64,000 nucleotides of DNA. It comes from Spirochaetia bacterium (GTDB lineage: Bacteria > Spirochaetota > Spirochaetia > WTKD01 > G963693115). This document shows, piece by piece, positions 51,544 through 61,300 of this stretch. The position numbers and the translations under genes are program-made. Position 1 is the stretch's first letter. Each line of letters begins with the position of its first letter. Below the pieces are notes generated by a model. The model saw only the letters and a list, made by a program, of their open reading frames with translations, was not told where the DNA came from and searched no databases. The DNA is taken from contig OZ244590.1 in assembly GCA_965218205.1 (NCBI GenBank), positions 1,176,178 through 1,240,177 of the forward strand, read 5' to 3'.

Positions 51544-52119
51544 ATGCAAAATGCAGTAGATTTTTTTATTTCTGGGGGACCATTTATGTACCCCCTCTTA
51601 CTTGCTTCAGTATTAGCAATCACGCTTATATTAGAGCGTATGATAAGTAGCATTGCTTGGACAAGAACAATGAAACAATACGTACGGTTTATAGAAACAC
51701 GTGGTATTGAAGGTACTAAAATTCCCGGTAGCAGCGAAAGTTTTTGGCAAAAAAATACAAAAGATCGCAAACAAGAAACAGAAAGCAACTTTCAAGCTGT
51801 ATGCGAAAAACGTACAAGCCCATATCAAATACTCAACACAGTAGGAGCTGTATCTCCTCTTCTTGGGTTTATTGGTACTATTTCTGGAATGATAGGGGCT
51901 TTTCAATCTATAGCAAATGCAGATAAAGTTTCCATTAAATTGGTAGCGGCAGGTATTTCAGAAGCCTTAATTACTACTGGTTTTGGACTTATCATTGCTG
52001 TAATATGTATTTTTGCCGAATCTGTAGGAATGTATCTTTTTGGAAATTTTACTCAAAGTATTGAGTTAAAGCTAGAAAAGATATTTAAGGCAGAAGAAGA
52101 CGCTCATGAAAATCGTTAA
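51544..52119 (+). CDS. exbB: MotA/TolQ/ExbB proton-channel family protein
   Basis: 191 aa, 3 TM segments. C-terminal ISEALITTGFGLIIAV is typical of ExbB/TolQ. Confidence 0.85.
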   Translation: MQNAVDFFISGGPFMYPLLLASVLAITLILERMISSIAWTRTMKQYVRFIETRGIEGTKIPGSSESFWQKNTKDRKQETESNFQAVCEKRTSPYQILNTVGAVSPLLGFIGTISGMIGAFQSIANADKVSIKLVAAGISEALITTGFGLIIAVICIFAESVGMYLFGNFTQSIELKLEKIFKAEEDAHENR

Positions 52120-52600
52120 AGAAGGACGTAAATCGCTTGGTGACCTTTCGGGATCCATGACTGACATATGTTTTTTACTTATTATCTTTTTTCTTGTTGC
52201 CGCAGTATTTATCAATGATGAAGGGCTTGTTCTTTTTTTACCAAACGAAGATTCTGAACCACAAAAAAAATTAGAAGACAAAGTTTTACAGATAAGACAA
52301 ATACGATTACTCAGCGAAGAAAGCATTATTGTAGATACAAAAGAGTACCCCTTTGAAGAGTTTAAGAAGATTATCACCCCTTTAATACAGGAGAAAATAC
52401 AAGAAATTGGTACTCCTCCTACTGTAATTTTACAAATTGGTGATGATATATCGTATAGTAAAGCTATGGAAGCCCTCTCTGTTATTGAGCAGGCAGGAGT
52501 GGAAGATTTTACTATTACTTCGCAAGGAATAGAGACATTTTTAATACCAATAAATTTCTCAAAAAAAGGGAATTTTCTTACTACTATAGATGAGGAGTAG
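52106..52600 (+). CDS. exbD: ExbD/TolR biopolymer transport protein
   Basis: 164 aa. Single N-terminal TM with the conserved acidic residue (SMTDICFLLIIFFLV). Confidence 0.8.
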   Translation: MKIVKEGRKSLGDLSGSMTDICFLLIIFFLVAAVFINDEGLVLFLPNEDSEPQKKLEDKVLQIRQIRLLSEESIIVDTKEYPFEEFKKIITPLIQEKIQEIGTPPTVILQIGDDISYSKAMEALSVIEQAGVEDFTITSQGIETFLIPINFSKKGNFLTTIDEE

Positions 52601-52603
52601 ACT

Positions 52604-52996
52604 ATGCAATTATTAAAACGAAAAAAAAGAAAAGCCTTTGCTCTTGTTGCTACAAGTGATATTGCTTTCTTATTACTGATATTTTTGATAGTTACTGCTA
52701 ACTTAGAGTACAACCCTGAGATTACTGCCCCACAAATTGCAAACACTACTGAGTTTTTAGCAACTGAAAATAAAGTAATTCTTATTGAAGTAACAGGTGA
52801 TGGAGAACTCTTTGTTGAAAGTAAAAAAACTAATCTAAATGAGTTTCCTTCTCTATTATCAGAGCTTAGTAATGAATTTATTTATAGAATTTATGCGGAT
52901 CAAACAGCCCCATTTTTTCTTATTGCAACAGCCTTAAACGAACTGCAAAAAAATAATAAGCAAAAAATACTTATGATGATTGAAAAGGAACAATAA
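52604..52996 (+). CDS. exbD: ExbD/TolR biopolymer transport protein (second paralog)
   Basis: 130 aa. TM ATSDIAFLLLIFLIV. Confidence 0.8.
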   Translation: MQLLKRKKRKAFALVATSDIAFLLLIFLIVTANLEYNPEITAPQIANTTEFLATENKVILIEVTGDGELFVESKKTNLNEFPSLLSELSNEFIYRIYADQTAPFFLIATALNELQKNNKQKILMMIEKEQ

Positions 52997-53010
52997 TATA
53001 CAGGATAGCT

Positions 53011-53598
53011 ATGAAAAAAATACTTTTTTACATTATTTCTATTGTAACACATATAGTTATTTTCTATATATTGGCATTAAACTTTGGAGTATTAGGTCAA
53101 TTTACAGAAGAAAAACAATATGAAGTGCTTGAATTTCAATTAGTAAATCCTGTAGTAAAAACTGCCCCTCCTCCCCCTCCAGAAGTAAAGAAAGCACCTC
53201 CTCCTCCAAAAGTTATATCATCAGTAACGGAGGTAACAAAAGAACCTGAAGAAGAACAGGAAGCGGTAGAAGAGGTAGTACAGCAAATTACTAGCACAGC
53301 AAAGGAGTTTGCTGCTTTTTATAAAGTAGATACTCGGCCTTCATTTAAGAAGAGAGCACCACAACGTTATCCTGCTCTTGAAAAACGTGCAGGAAAAGAA
53401 GGTATCGTTATTATAGAAGTGGATATTGATGAAAATGGCATATTACAAGCTGCTCGTATCAAAAAAAGTGGGGGGAAAAATTTTGACACTTCTGCATTAG
53501 AGATGATTGAAAATTCAACATATAATCCTGGTGTAAAAGATGGTGTGCCTATTCCTGTACGAATGCGCTTTACTATACGCTATAAACTAAAAGGGTAA
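53011..53598 (+). CDS. tonB: TonB energy-transducer
   Basis: N-terminal TM. Pro-rich spacer APPPPPEVKKAPPPPKV. C-terminal TonB domain (GIVIIEVDIDENGIL...VPIPVRMRFTIRYKL). Confidence 0.85.
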   Translation: MKKILFYIISIVTHIVIFYILALNFGVLGQFTEEKQYEVLEFQLVNPVVKTAPPPPPEVKKAPPPPKVISSVTEVTKEPEEEQEAVEEVVQQITSTAKEFAAFYKVDTRPSFKKRAPQRYPALEKRAGKEGIVIIEVDIDENGILQAARIKKSGGKNFDTSALEMIENSTYNPGVKDGVPIPVRMRFTIRYKLKG

Positions 53599-53619
53599 TA
53601 CTTATATGGAGAAGGCATC

Positions 53620-54039
53620 ATGTCAGCTATACAAGAACGAATAGTACTAGAAGCAAAAAAGAGAGGCTTTCATCTCATTAGCAATGAGATTGAAAGCAAA
53701 TCTAAAACACTACAGAACATTGAGAGCGGACTTGCCCATTTATTTTTAATGCATACAAGTGCAAGCATAAGTATCAATGAAAATGCAGACCCATCAGTAC
53801 GTGTAGATTTTGAAACATTTAGCAATACTATGATACCTGAACATTTTGCAGGTTTTACCCATACCTATGAAGGCAGCGATGATATGCCTGCTCATATAAA
53901 ATCTTCTTTGTATGGGGTGTCATTATCCATACCAGTACATAATGGAACATTTGTGCTTGGTACTTGGCAAGGAATCTATCTTAATGAACATCGTAACTAC
54001 GGAGGAAACCGTACATTGATGATAACAGTATTATACTAG
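53620..54039 (+). CDS. yjbQ: YjbQ-family secondary thiamine-phosphate synthase (UPF0047)
   Basis: 139 aa. HIKSSLYGVSLSIPVHNGTFVLGTWQGIYLNEHRNYGGNRTLMITV matches the YjbQ core. Confidence 0.85.
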   Translation: MSAIQERIVLEAKKRGFHLISNEIESKSKTLQNIESGLAHLFLMHTSASISINENADPSVRVDFETFSNTMIPEHFAGFTHTYEGSDDMPAHIKSSLYGVSLSIPVHNGTFVLGTWQGIYLNEHRNYGGNRTLMITVLY

Positions 54040-54047
54040 CGATAATA

Positions 54048-55256
54048 TTATTCATCAGTAGTCATCTCTTGAGAAGTTTCTTGAACGAATACATTATTTT
54101 TATTTTTTAGTAACATATCTAATTGAGGGTACGGAATCTCAATAGCATATTTCTTAAATAGCTCCCATACTTTTATGTGTAAATCTGAGCTTACTTGATA
54201 CCTGTCTTTTACATCTCGAATACATACATATATTGCTACTTTAATTCCTGAGTCTGCAAATTTTTGTACTCTAAAAAACATATCTTTCCCTGTTTCTCTG
54301 TATGGCATAGTCTCTGCAGCTTCTTTCATCACTTTTTCTACCATGTATAAATCAGACTGATAGCTAACTTGTACTTTACAATTTATATAAAAAATTCTAT
54401 CGCTATGCGTATAATTTTGTACTGGATTGTTGGTAAGGTATTTATTAGGAATGATAAGCTCGTCTCCAGAAAGATTACGAATAACAGTATGCAACATGTT
54501 TATATGTTCAACAGTACCTTCAATATCCATCACTAATACCCTATCGCCTTCATTGATGACTCGAGAGGTGTTCATTGAAATGCCTGATATAAAATTACCA
54601 ACAACATCCTGTAACCCAAACCCTATACCAAAGCCCAATGCTCCAAATACAAGATTAAGCGATCTTATATCAATTCCTATAAAAGGAAGCCCAACAAAAA
54701 TAACTATGGTAAAGACACCGTAGCGTATGAGTATGCCTAGTGAATTCTTATTCTTAATGGTAACATGCTGGATAACATAACGTTGTGATACTTGCATGCC
54801 TATCTTAGACAAGGAGTTTGCTATATACAAAAGAATAATAATTTGCACAATATTGAGAAATGAAATAGTAATATTACCATTTGTAAAAAAAGGAGTAGTA
54901 AATATTTCTACAATATTTCGTAGAGATAACAATAACAACAACAAACGTACTACAATAACTATTACTATTATCAAAGTGATGGTATGTATTACCTTTAGTG
55001 CAATATCATACCGTGTACGGATGCCTTTGCCTTTCGTATGGGATATATGAGAATCTCTACTTGCTTTTCCATTATCGTTGCCTGCTATTAAGAGAATGAT
55101 ATGCCTAAACAATCTAGAAAGAACAAGCAACAGAACAAGAGGAATGATTAAATGTATGATAAAAAACTCTACAGTAAATACTTCCCCTCTTATAGAGAGA
55201 ATTGTAAAGTCAAAAAAAGCACTTATTTTATCCATTCGAAAGTAATCGTGCCTCAT
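54048..55256 (-). CDS. mscS: Mechanosensitive ion channel (MscS family)
   Basis: 402 aa. Pore-lining TM3 with GFGLQDVVGNFISGISMN. Downstream beta-domain RVLVMDIEGTVEHINMLHTVIRN. Confidence 0.85.
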   Translation of the reverse strand: MRHDYFRMDKISAFFDFTILSIRGEVFTVEFFIIHLIIPLVLLLVLSRLFRHIILLIAGNDNGKASRDSHISHTKGKGIRTRYDIALKVIHTITLIIVIVIVVRLLLLLLSLRNIVEIFTTPFFTNGNITISFLNIVQIIILLYIANSLSKIGMQVSQRYVIQHVTIKNKNSLGILIRYGVFTIVIFVGLPFIGIDIRSLNLVFGALGFGIGFGLQDVVGNFISGISMNTSRVINEGDRVLVMDIEGTVEHINMLHTVIRNLSGDELIIPNKYLTNNPVQNYTHSDRIFYINCKVQVSYQSDLYMVEKVMKEAAETMPYRETGKDMFFRVQKFADSGIKVAIYVCIRDVKDRYQVSSDLHIKVWELFKKYAIEIPYPQLDMLLKNKNNVFVQETSQEMTTDE

Positions 55257-55671
55257 CTATAATTTTTTGTACTATATTGCCAAAGGCATTTGCTCTTGTA
55301 GGAGTAAGCATAATATGTAAATCAATAGAGCGAGTAAATTCTTGTATTAGAGCTTGTCCTTCCTGTGCTAATTCGGCAATGCTTAAAAAAGAAAAACCAA
55401 ACGCCATTACTCCCATAAGCCCTTGAATAATCATAGCATCCGATTTTCCTCGTATTGTTGCTTTCTCATCGTGTTCTTCTACTACTACATAGGCATTAGA
55501 TATGCATCCATGTACATAGGTATGCTCATTACATTCTTCTTGTGTTAATACACTGAGTTTGCTTTGATATGCAATAATCCCATGAAACATATCGCTTGCA
55601 TCCAATAATAGCAAATCATTTAGCTCATTCGCAAGAGAATGAAATGTTTTACGTGATACTTCTATTGACAT
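55228..55671 (-). CDS. sufE: SufE-like cysteine desulfuration (sulfur acceptor) protein
   Basis: Conserved acceptor Cys in HGCISNAYVV. IRGKSDAMIIQGLMGV and MLTPTRANAFGNIVQKI align to E. coli SufE. Start taken at Met6 (55671), directly after the cysS stop. Confidence 0.75.
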   Translation of the reverse strand: MSIEVSRKTFHSLANELNDLLLLDASDMFHGIIAYQSKLSVLTQEECNEHTYVHGCISNAYVVVEEHDEKATIRGKSDAMIIQGLMGVMAFGFSFLSIAELAQEGQALIQEFTRSIDLHIMLTPTRANAFGNIVQKIIDEARLLSNG

Positions 55672-55673
55672 AA

Positions 55674-57269
55674 CTACATCTCCCAATAACTAGAACCATC
55701 TTTTCTATCTTTAATAACTATATTTGCTGAAAGAAGCATATCTCTTAAATGATCCGATAATGCAAAATTTTTCTCATTTCTTGCCATTGTTCGCATGTCC
55801 ACAATGGCATCTATTAAACGAGTAAACAACTGTGTTTCTTCTTGGTGTGTCCGTAATCCTAATACCACTGTGCAGAACACGTAAAATACTAGCATACAAT
55901 CAATATCATCTTTTTCTTCTTCAAGCAGCTTTTCTAAATACTTATCAATAGAAAATAATGTTGCTATCACCGCTGGAGTATCCATATCATTATTCATATG
56001 ATGCTCTAATTCTTCAAGATACTCTGTAGCTTTTTCTTTCTTCCCTTTAATAGATTGCACCGCTGCTATAAGCATTTTATGTATATCATCAAAGAAAAGA
56101 TTAGTAGCATAGTATTGTAGATTATTGCTTATTACACTAAAAGGGAGTGCTATTTTTTCTTGTTCTGATTTTTGATACAATGAGAAAGCATACTGTAATA
56201 CTCTCATTTCTATATTACATAAAAGATGTAATAGTTTTTTAAGACCTTTCTCAGTACCTTTTAGTGCATCATCAGTAACATCAAGAATACTACGATAATG
56301 CGAACGTAAAAGAAAAAATCGTAATACATTGGGGCCATATCCCTTGCTTATATGTTCATTATTACCAGTAAAGCAATCCTCAAGATTAATAAAGTTACCA
56401 AGACTTTTACTCATTTTCTGATGGTTGATAGTAATAAGATTATTATATACCCAATAGTTTGCCTGCAATGTATTGTACAATGCATAGGTCTGTGCAATTT
56501 CTGCTTCATGATGAGGAAACTGTAAATCTAAGCCTCCGCCATGTATATCAAATGGTATACCAAGATACTTTTTACTCATTGCTGCACATTCTGTATGCCA
56601 CCCTGGAAAACCATGATTAGTCCACTTTGAACGCCACTTCATGAGGTGCATAATATCAGCTTTTTTCCATAAGGCAAAGTCAAAGGGAGATTTTTTTTCA
56701 CTATGCTGTGCAGATATTTCAGTAGAATTTTGCATATCTTTAATCGATACTCCCGATAAGGCTCCATACACATAGGCATGTTTCATAAGAAAATGTTGTA
56801 TATCAAAATATACTGATCCTTGTTTTTCATATGCAAAGCCTAAATCTATAAGTTGTTCAATACTCTCTAATTGTTCAGGGATATGTCCAGTGGCAATTGG
56901 TTCTATAGAAGGATGGAGTACATTCAAATACCGTAATGCCTGATGATATTTGCCAGTATAAAACTGTGCTAACTCCATAGGTTCTTTTTTTTCAACCACT
57001 GATTGCTTTATAAGTTTATCTTGCCCTTGCTCTTGCACTTCATCTTCTAAATGACCAACATCTGTTATGTTTCTTACATACCGAACGGTATACCCTAAAT
57101 ACTGTAAATACCGATACAGTGTATCAAACACAATAGCAGAGCGTGCATGTCCTAAATGAGGACTTCCATAGACTGTAGGTCCACACACATACATACCTAC
57201 TGTATTCTGAGAAATAGGAACAAATAACTCTACTGTACGCTTATAGTAATTAAACAGTTGCAAAGACAT
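55674..57269 (-). CDS. cysS: Cysteinyl-tRNA synthetase
   Basis: HIGH motif ([16 protein letters not shown]) and KMSKS motif (KMSKSLGN). 531 aa. Confidence 0.92.
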   Translation of the reverse strand: MSLQLFNYYKRTVELFVPISQNTVGMYVCGPTVYGSPHLGHARSAIVFDTLYRYLQYLGYTVRYVRNITDVGHLEDEVQEQGQDKLIKQSVVEKKEPMELAQFYTGKYHQALRYLNVLHPSIEPIATGHIPEQLESIEQLIDLGFAYEKQGSVYFDIQHFLMKHAYVYGALSGVSIKDMQNSTEISAQHSEKKSPFDFALWKKADIMHLMKWRSKWTNHGFPGWHTECAAMSKKYLGIPFDIHGGGLDLQFPHHEAEIAQTYALYNTLQANYWVYNNLITINHQKMSKSLGNFINLEDCFTGNNEHISKGYGPNVLRFFLLRSHYRSILDVTDDALKGTEKGLKKLLHLLCNIEMRVLQYAFSLYQKSEQEKIALPFSVISNNLQYYATNLFFDDIHKMLIAAVQSIKGKKEKATEYLEELEHHMNNDMDTPAVIATLFSIDKYLEKLLEEEKDDIDCMLVFYVFCTVVLGLRTHQEETQLFTRLIDAIVDMRTMARNEKNFALSDHLRDMLLSANIVIKDRKDGSSYWEM

Positions 57270-57358
57270 AATGATAAAGGCTTCTTTTATTATAATAGCT
57301 TATCTCATTTTTTGCAAAAGCATTTCATGGGTAAACTATATACAATAGTACAGTATAC

Positions 57359-58051
57359 TTAAAATGTTTTTGGTGTAAAATTATTATTTGGTCTTGAGTA
57401 ATTATTTTGCATAACGCTAATATTATCCTGATAATTCTGTGGAAATATTAACGGATGGGTTTGATTTTGCTGAGGCTGATTAAATATAGAGATAATACCT
57501 TTATCTATTGGTGCATCTAAGTCAGAAATAGAATGTACTAAACCTTTTTCTTTTGCTTGTGTAGGGAAAAGGGTTGTTCTATTGTGTATCATATTATTAA
57601 TTTCTTCTTCTGTTACTGTATTATTGCCTACTTCTGCATTTGTGTTGATAGTATGTGAAATAATTTTTGATATGTTTGCTTGATCAATTTTCAATGATTT
57701 TAGCATTTCATCAATATTTTTTTCATCCATTGAAGAGTTTGCTTGCAAATGAGAATTTATAGGATGCAGCAAAAATCTAGCATGTTCAACTGATTTTCTA
57801 ATTTTTCCAGCACAGTATAAAATAATACCAATGGAATCCACTGATCCAAAATTATAAGTAATTAGTTCTATAGGAGCTTTTACAAGATAATTATATAAAC
57901 TTAATCCGTGATAAACAGAACCACCAGGCGTAGACATGAGTAAATGTACTTTTTCATAGCCATTTTGTATTACATCATCAATAACATTGAATAACGAACG
58001 GGTAGTATATTCATCAACGGCAGCAAAAAATCTTATGCATATTTCTTTCAT
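57359..58051 (-). CDS. ClpP-family (ClpP/crotonase-fold) serine peptidase-like protein, non-canonical
   Basis: STPGGSVYHGLSLYNYL...GSVDSIGIILYCAG...LLHP parallels ClpP INSPGGxxxAG...GxAASMG...MIHQP (Ser and His retained). The catalytic Asp position is not obvious. Lacks the ClpP N-terminal ~20 aa and has an Asn/Gln-rich ~60-aa C-terminal tail. Confidence 0.6.
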   Translation of the reverse strand: MKEICIRFFAAVDEYTTRSLFNVIDDVIQNGYEKVHLLMSTPGGSVYHGLSLYNYLVKAPIELITYNFGSVDSIGIILYCAGKIRKSVEHARFLLHPINSHLQANSSMDEKNIDEMLKSLKIDQANISKIISHTINTNAEVGNNTVTEEEINNMIHNRTTLFPTQAKEKGLVHSISDLDAPIDKGIISIFNQPQQNQTHPLIFPQNYQDNISVMQNNYSRPNNNFTPKTF

Positions 58052-58250
58052 TATATCCCCCTAGTTTAATAATCATATTAAACTTATTATAATATTATTG
58101 TATTTTTTTTAACACTCTGTGTCAATATTTTTATTACAATAGTACAATCTATTTTGATATTAAGTGTAGTAATGAGATTCATAATTTTCTATTTATCGCT
58201 CTATTTAATGTGCTGTTGTATATAATTCCCTCCTTATTGATACTTGATGC

Positions 58251-58289
58251 CCTATAGCAAGAAAGGAGCATTTCCTTTCTTGCCTAAGC
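58251..58289. terminator. Conserved hairpin 3' of lipoprotein paralog 3 (homolog of 15601-15639)
   Basis: cctatagcaagaaagga gcatt tcctttcttgcctaagc. Confidence 0.5.
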
Positions 58290-58313
58290 TTGTATTTTAT
58301 GACAGAATGTATG

Positions 58314-61300
58314 CTATGATGAAGGACATGCTGTTTTATCAGTACTGTCCTTTGGGTACTGTGATGTTTTTCCATACATAGCTGAACCAGAAAAAGTACT
58401 TAAAATTATTGTTGCTTTACATAATCTCCACGATGATAAATCTTGATCAAATTTACGAGCATTTTTAAATGTATGGTATACATTAGTAACACTCTGTACA
58501 TCCCAATCTCCTATGTCTTGATTAAAAGCAGAAGCTCTATTGAACATACTATTCATACCAATAACCTTACTCATATCCCAATCTCCTATATCTTGATTAA
58601 AAGCAGAAGCTAAAGTAAACATATTAACCACATTAGTAACCTTACCTACATCCCAATTTCCTATATCTTGATTAAAGACAGTAGCAGAATCAAACATAGC
58701 ACCCATATCCGTTACATTACTGGTATTCCATTTTGTAATATCTCCATTAAATGTACTATCATTAAAAAATAAATCACTCATATCAGTAATAGCACTGGTG
58801 TCTATCATGTTGAGGTTGGGGCTAGGGTTGTTGTTCCCTCCCGAACCTTGCCTTGTTTTTTCTGCAGTGATAATAGCTTGCAATGCTGACTTTGTTGTTG
58901 GTCTGTAATAGCTCGCTGATTGTCCTGCTAGTTTCACCAGCCCTGTCTCTACATTGATAGTCGCAAGTACCTTTTGTCCCGAGTTTGCTCCCGCAGTAAT
59001 GGTACATTCCACTACTCCATAGCTATATTCAGTTATAGCAGTATCATGTATGTTTGATTTATTTGCTGTGCCTGTTATCGTTACTGTATTGGTATTTTTT
59101 GCAAATGTTACTGTTAGGCCTGTTTCTTGTTTGAGGGTGCTGTTATCGTTATCTATTGTGCTTTCATCACAGGTAAAGGTAAGCCCACTAGGACTAATGC
59201 TGGTAAGTACTCTCGTTGTATGTGCTGATGTTGGTGTTGATCCTACTGTTGCTGAAACCTTTGTGGCATTTCCTATTACTACTGTTGGGGTGCTGGCAGA
59301 GACTGCTGTTGCTTCTGCTGATATTTTTGTCTTTTTGAGGCTGTTTACTGCTACTGCGGTGATATAGTACTTTGTATTCAATCGTAGGTTGCGTATTGTA
59401 TAGCTTGTTGCTCCTGTTGGCACATCGTCTTTTTCTGCTCCTACTTGTGCATCGCTTGCTGCTTGTGCCCGTGTTTTTATTGTTGCTCCATTTATGTTTG
59501 TATTTGAGGCTATATAGTATACTTTGTAGTCTATTTGATTATCTCTGAGATGAGTTGTTCCGTCTTCTGCTGTTCCTTTTACGGTTGGGGCTGTTATGGT
59601 AAGTACTATGGTAGCTCCTTGTGCATTTGCTTGTATGGTGGGCTTTCCTGGTGCTGCATAGGCTTCTTTTGCTACAAACTCCTTGCGGATACCTGTTGAT
59701 TCTTTGTTGGGATCGGTGCTGTTTACTGCTTGCACTACTATTTCGTAGCTTGTGCCTACTGTCACACTGGTCAGAGTGCTGTTGGTTGTTCCTGCTGCTG
59801 TTGTTGTGGGGCTTCCTCCTGATGCTATTATTATCTCTGCTATTGTCCTCTGTGTACTGCCACTTTTTGCTACTTTGTATACTTTGTACGATACTTGTGC
59901 TACTGCTAGGGTATCGCCTGTGTCTGTTGTGTGGCTTGCAGTAAGGCTGGGGGCTGTCCACGATAGCTTTGCATTCCTTCCTTCTACTCCTTTTACTTGT
60001 ATGTTGCTTACTTCTGCGGGATCTGTTGCTAGTGATGCGGTTGTTACTGTTGCCACTGTCGATACTGCTTTTTTGCTTGGATCTGTTTTTATGGCTACTT
60101 CTACTACAAAGTGATACTTTGTTGCTCCTTTTATTGCTACTGCTGAGGATGTCACGCCTATACTGCTAAGGGCTGGTACTGTGTACACTCCGTTCCTTGC
60201 TGTGCCTATGCTTACTCTTCTGCCTCTTTGTACTTCTGCTACTGTTGGGGTTGTGTCTTTTTGTAAGCCGTACACTGTGTACACTAGCTCATCATTGCTG
60301 GTTACTGTTGTGCCATCTTTGTTTTTTGCTCCTGTTATTGTGCTTAATTGCGTGAGTACTAGCTTTATTGTTCCTGTTGTGTTTGTTGACTGTGATACTA
60401 CTAGCTTGCCTGTTAAGGACGAGTTAGGGGCTGTTGCTTTTGATCTGGGGATGGTGCTGAGTGCTAGTGTTTGTATCAGTGCGGGGTCTTTGCTTTGTGC
60501 TTTCTTTGTTGTAAAGGGGTTCAGGTTGTTTATTGCTTCTATGCCTATGGTGTATTCTGCTCCTTTTGTTCCTATAAATGTTCCTCGTAAAGTGCTGTTT
60601 CCTGCTATATCTTGTATTTGTACTCCTGTCATTGCTTTTATTTCTGCTATTGTTTTAGTACTCTGGTCTCCTGCTACTATGTATACTTTGTACTGTATGT
60701 TTGCTTGTGTGAGTTTGCTGTCATTGGGTGCTTTGTGGTTGTCGGTAATTGTTCCTGCTTGAAACTCGTACTGTACGGTATCGCTTGTTGCTGTTGATTC
60801 TGCAATAAGCAGAGTGAGGCTTTCTGGTGCGGGAGGGACAGTGGATATTGCATCGTATACTGCTACTTTGTCTGTGAGTGTTGTTGGGGGGCTTACTCTG
60901 TTATTTTCTACTGTGAGAAAGCGAAAGCTATATTGTTTTGCATTTGCTTGTGTTGCTGATACTTCTATGCCATCTGCTATGCCAAAGCTAATGGTGGTTG
61001 CGGTACTTGTTATGCTTTTTTCTGCTACCAGTGTAGTGCTATCGTACATACGCAGGGTGTAGTACTTATTTGATCCAGGTGCTTGCGTAAAGGTTGCTTT
61101 TATTTGTATTGCTCCTGTTGTAACGAGGGCGGGCTTGCTTTGAAAGAGTTCTGCTGAGGGTGCTGTAAGCTGAGAGGGAGTGGTTATGTCTTTTGGGGTT
61201 GATGTGCTTTTGTTGCCTGCATAGTCTATTGCTTGTATTGTTACTGTGTATGTTTTTCCTTGACTGAGTTCTTCGACAGAGAGCGATGTTGTGGGATAGG

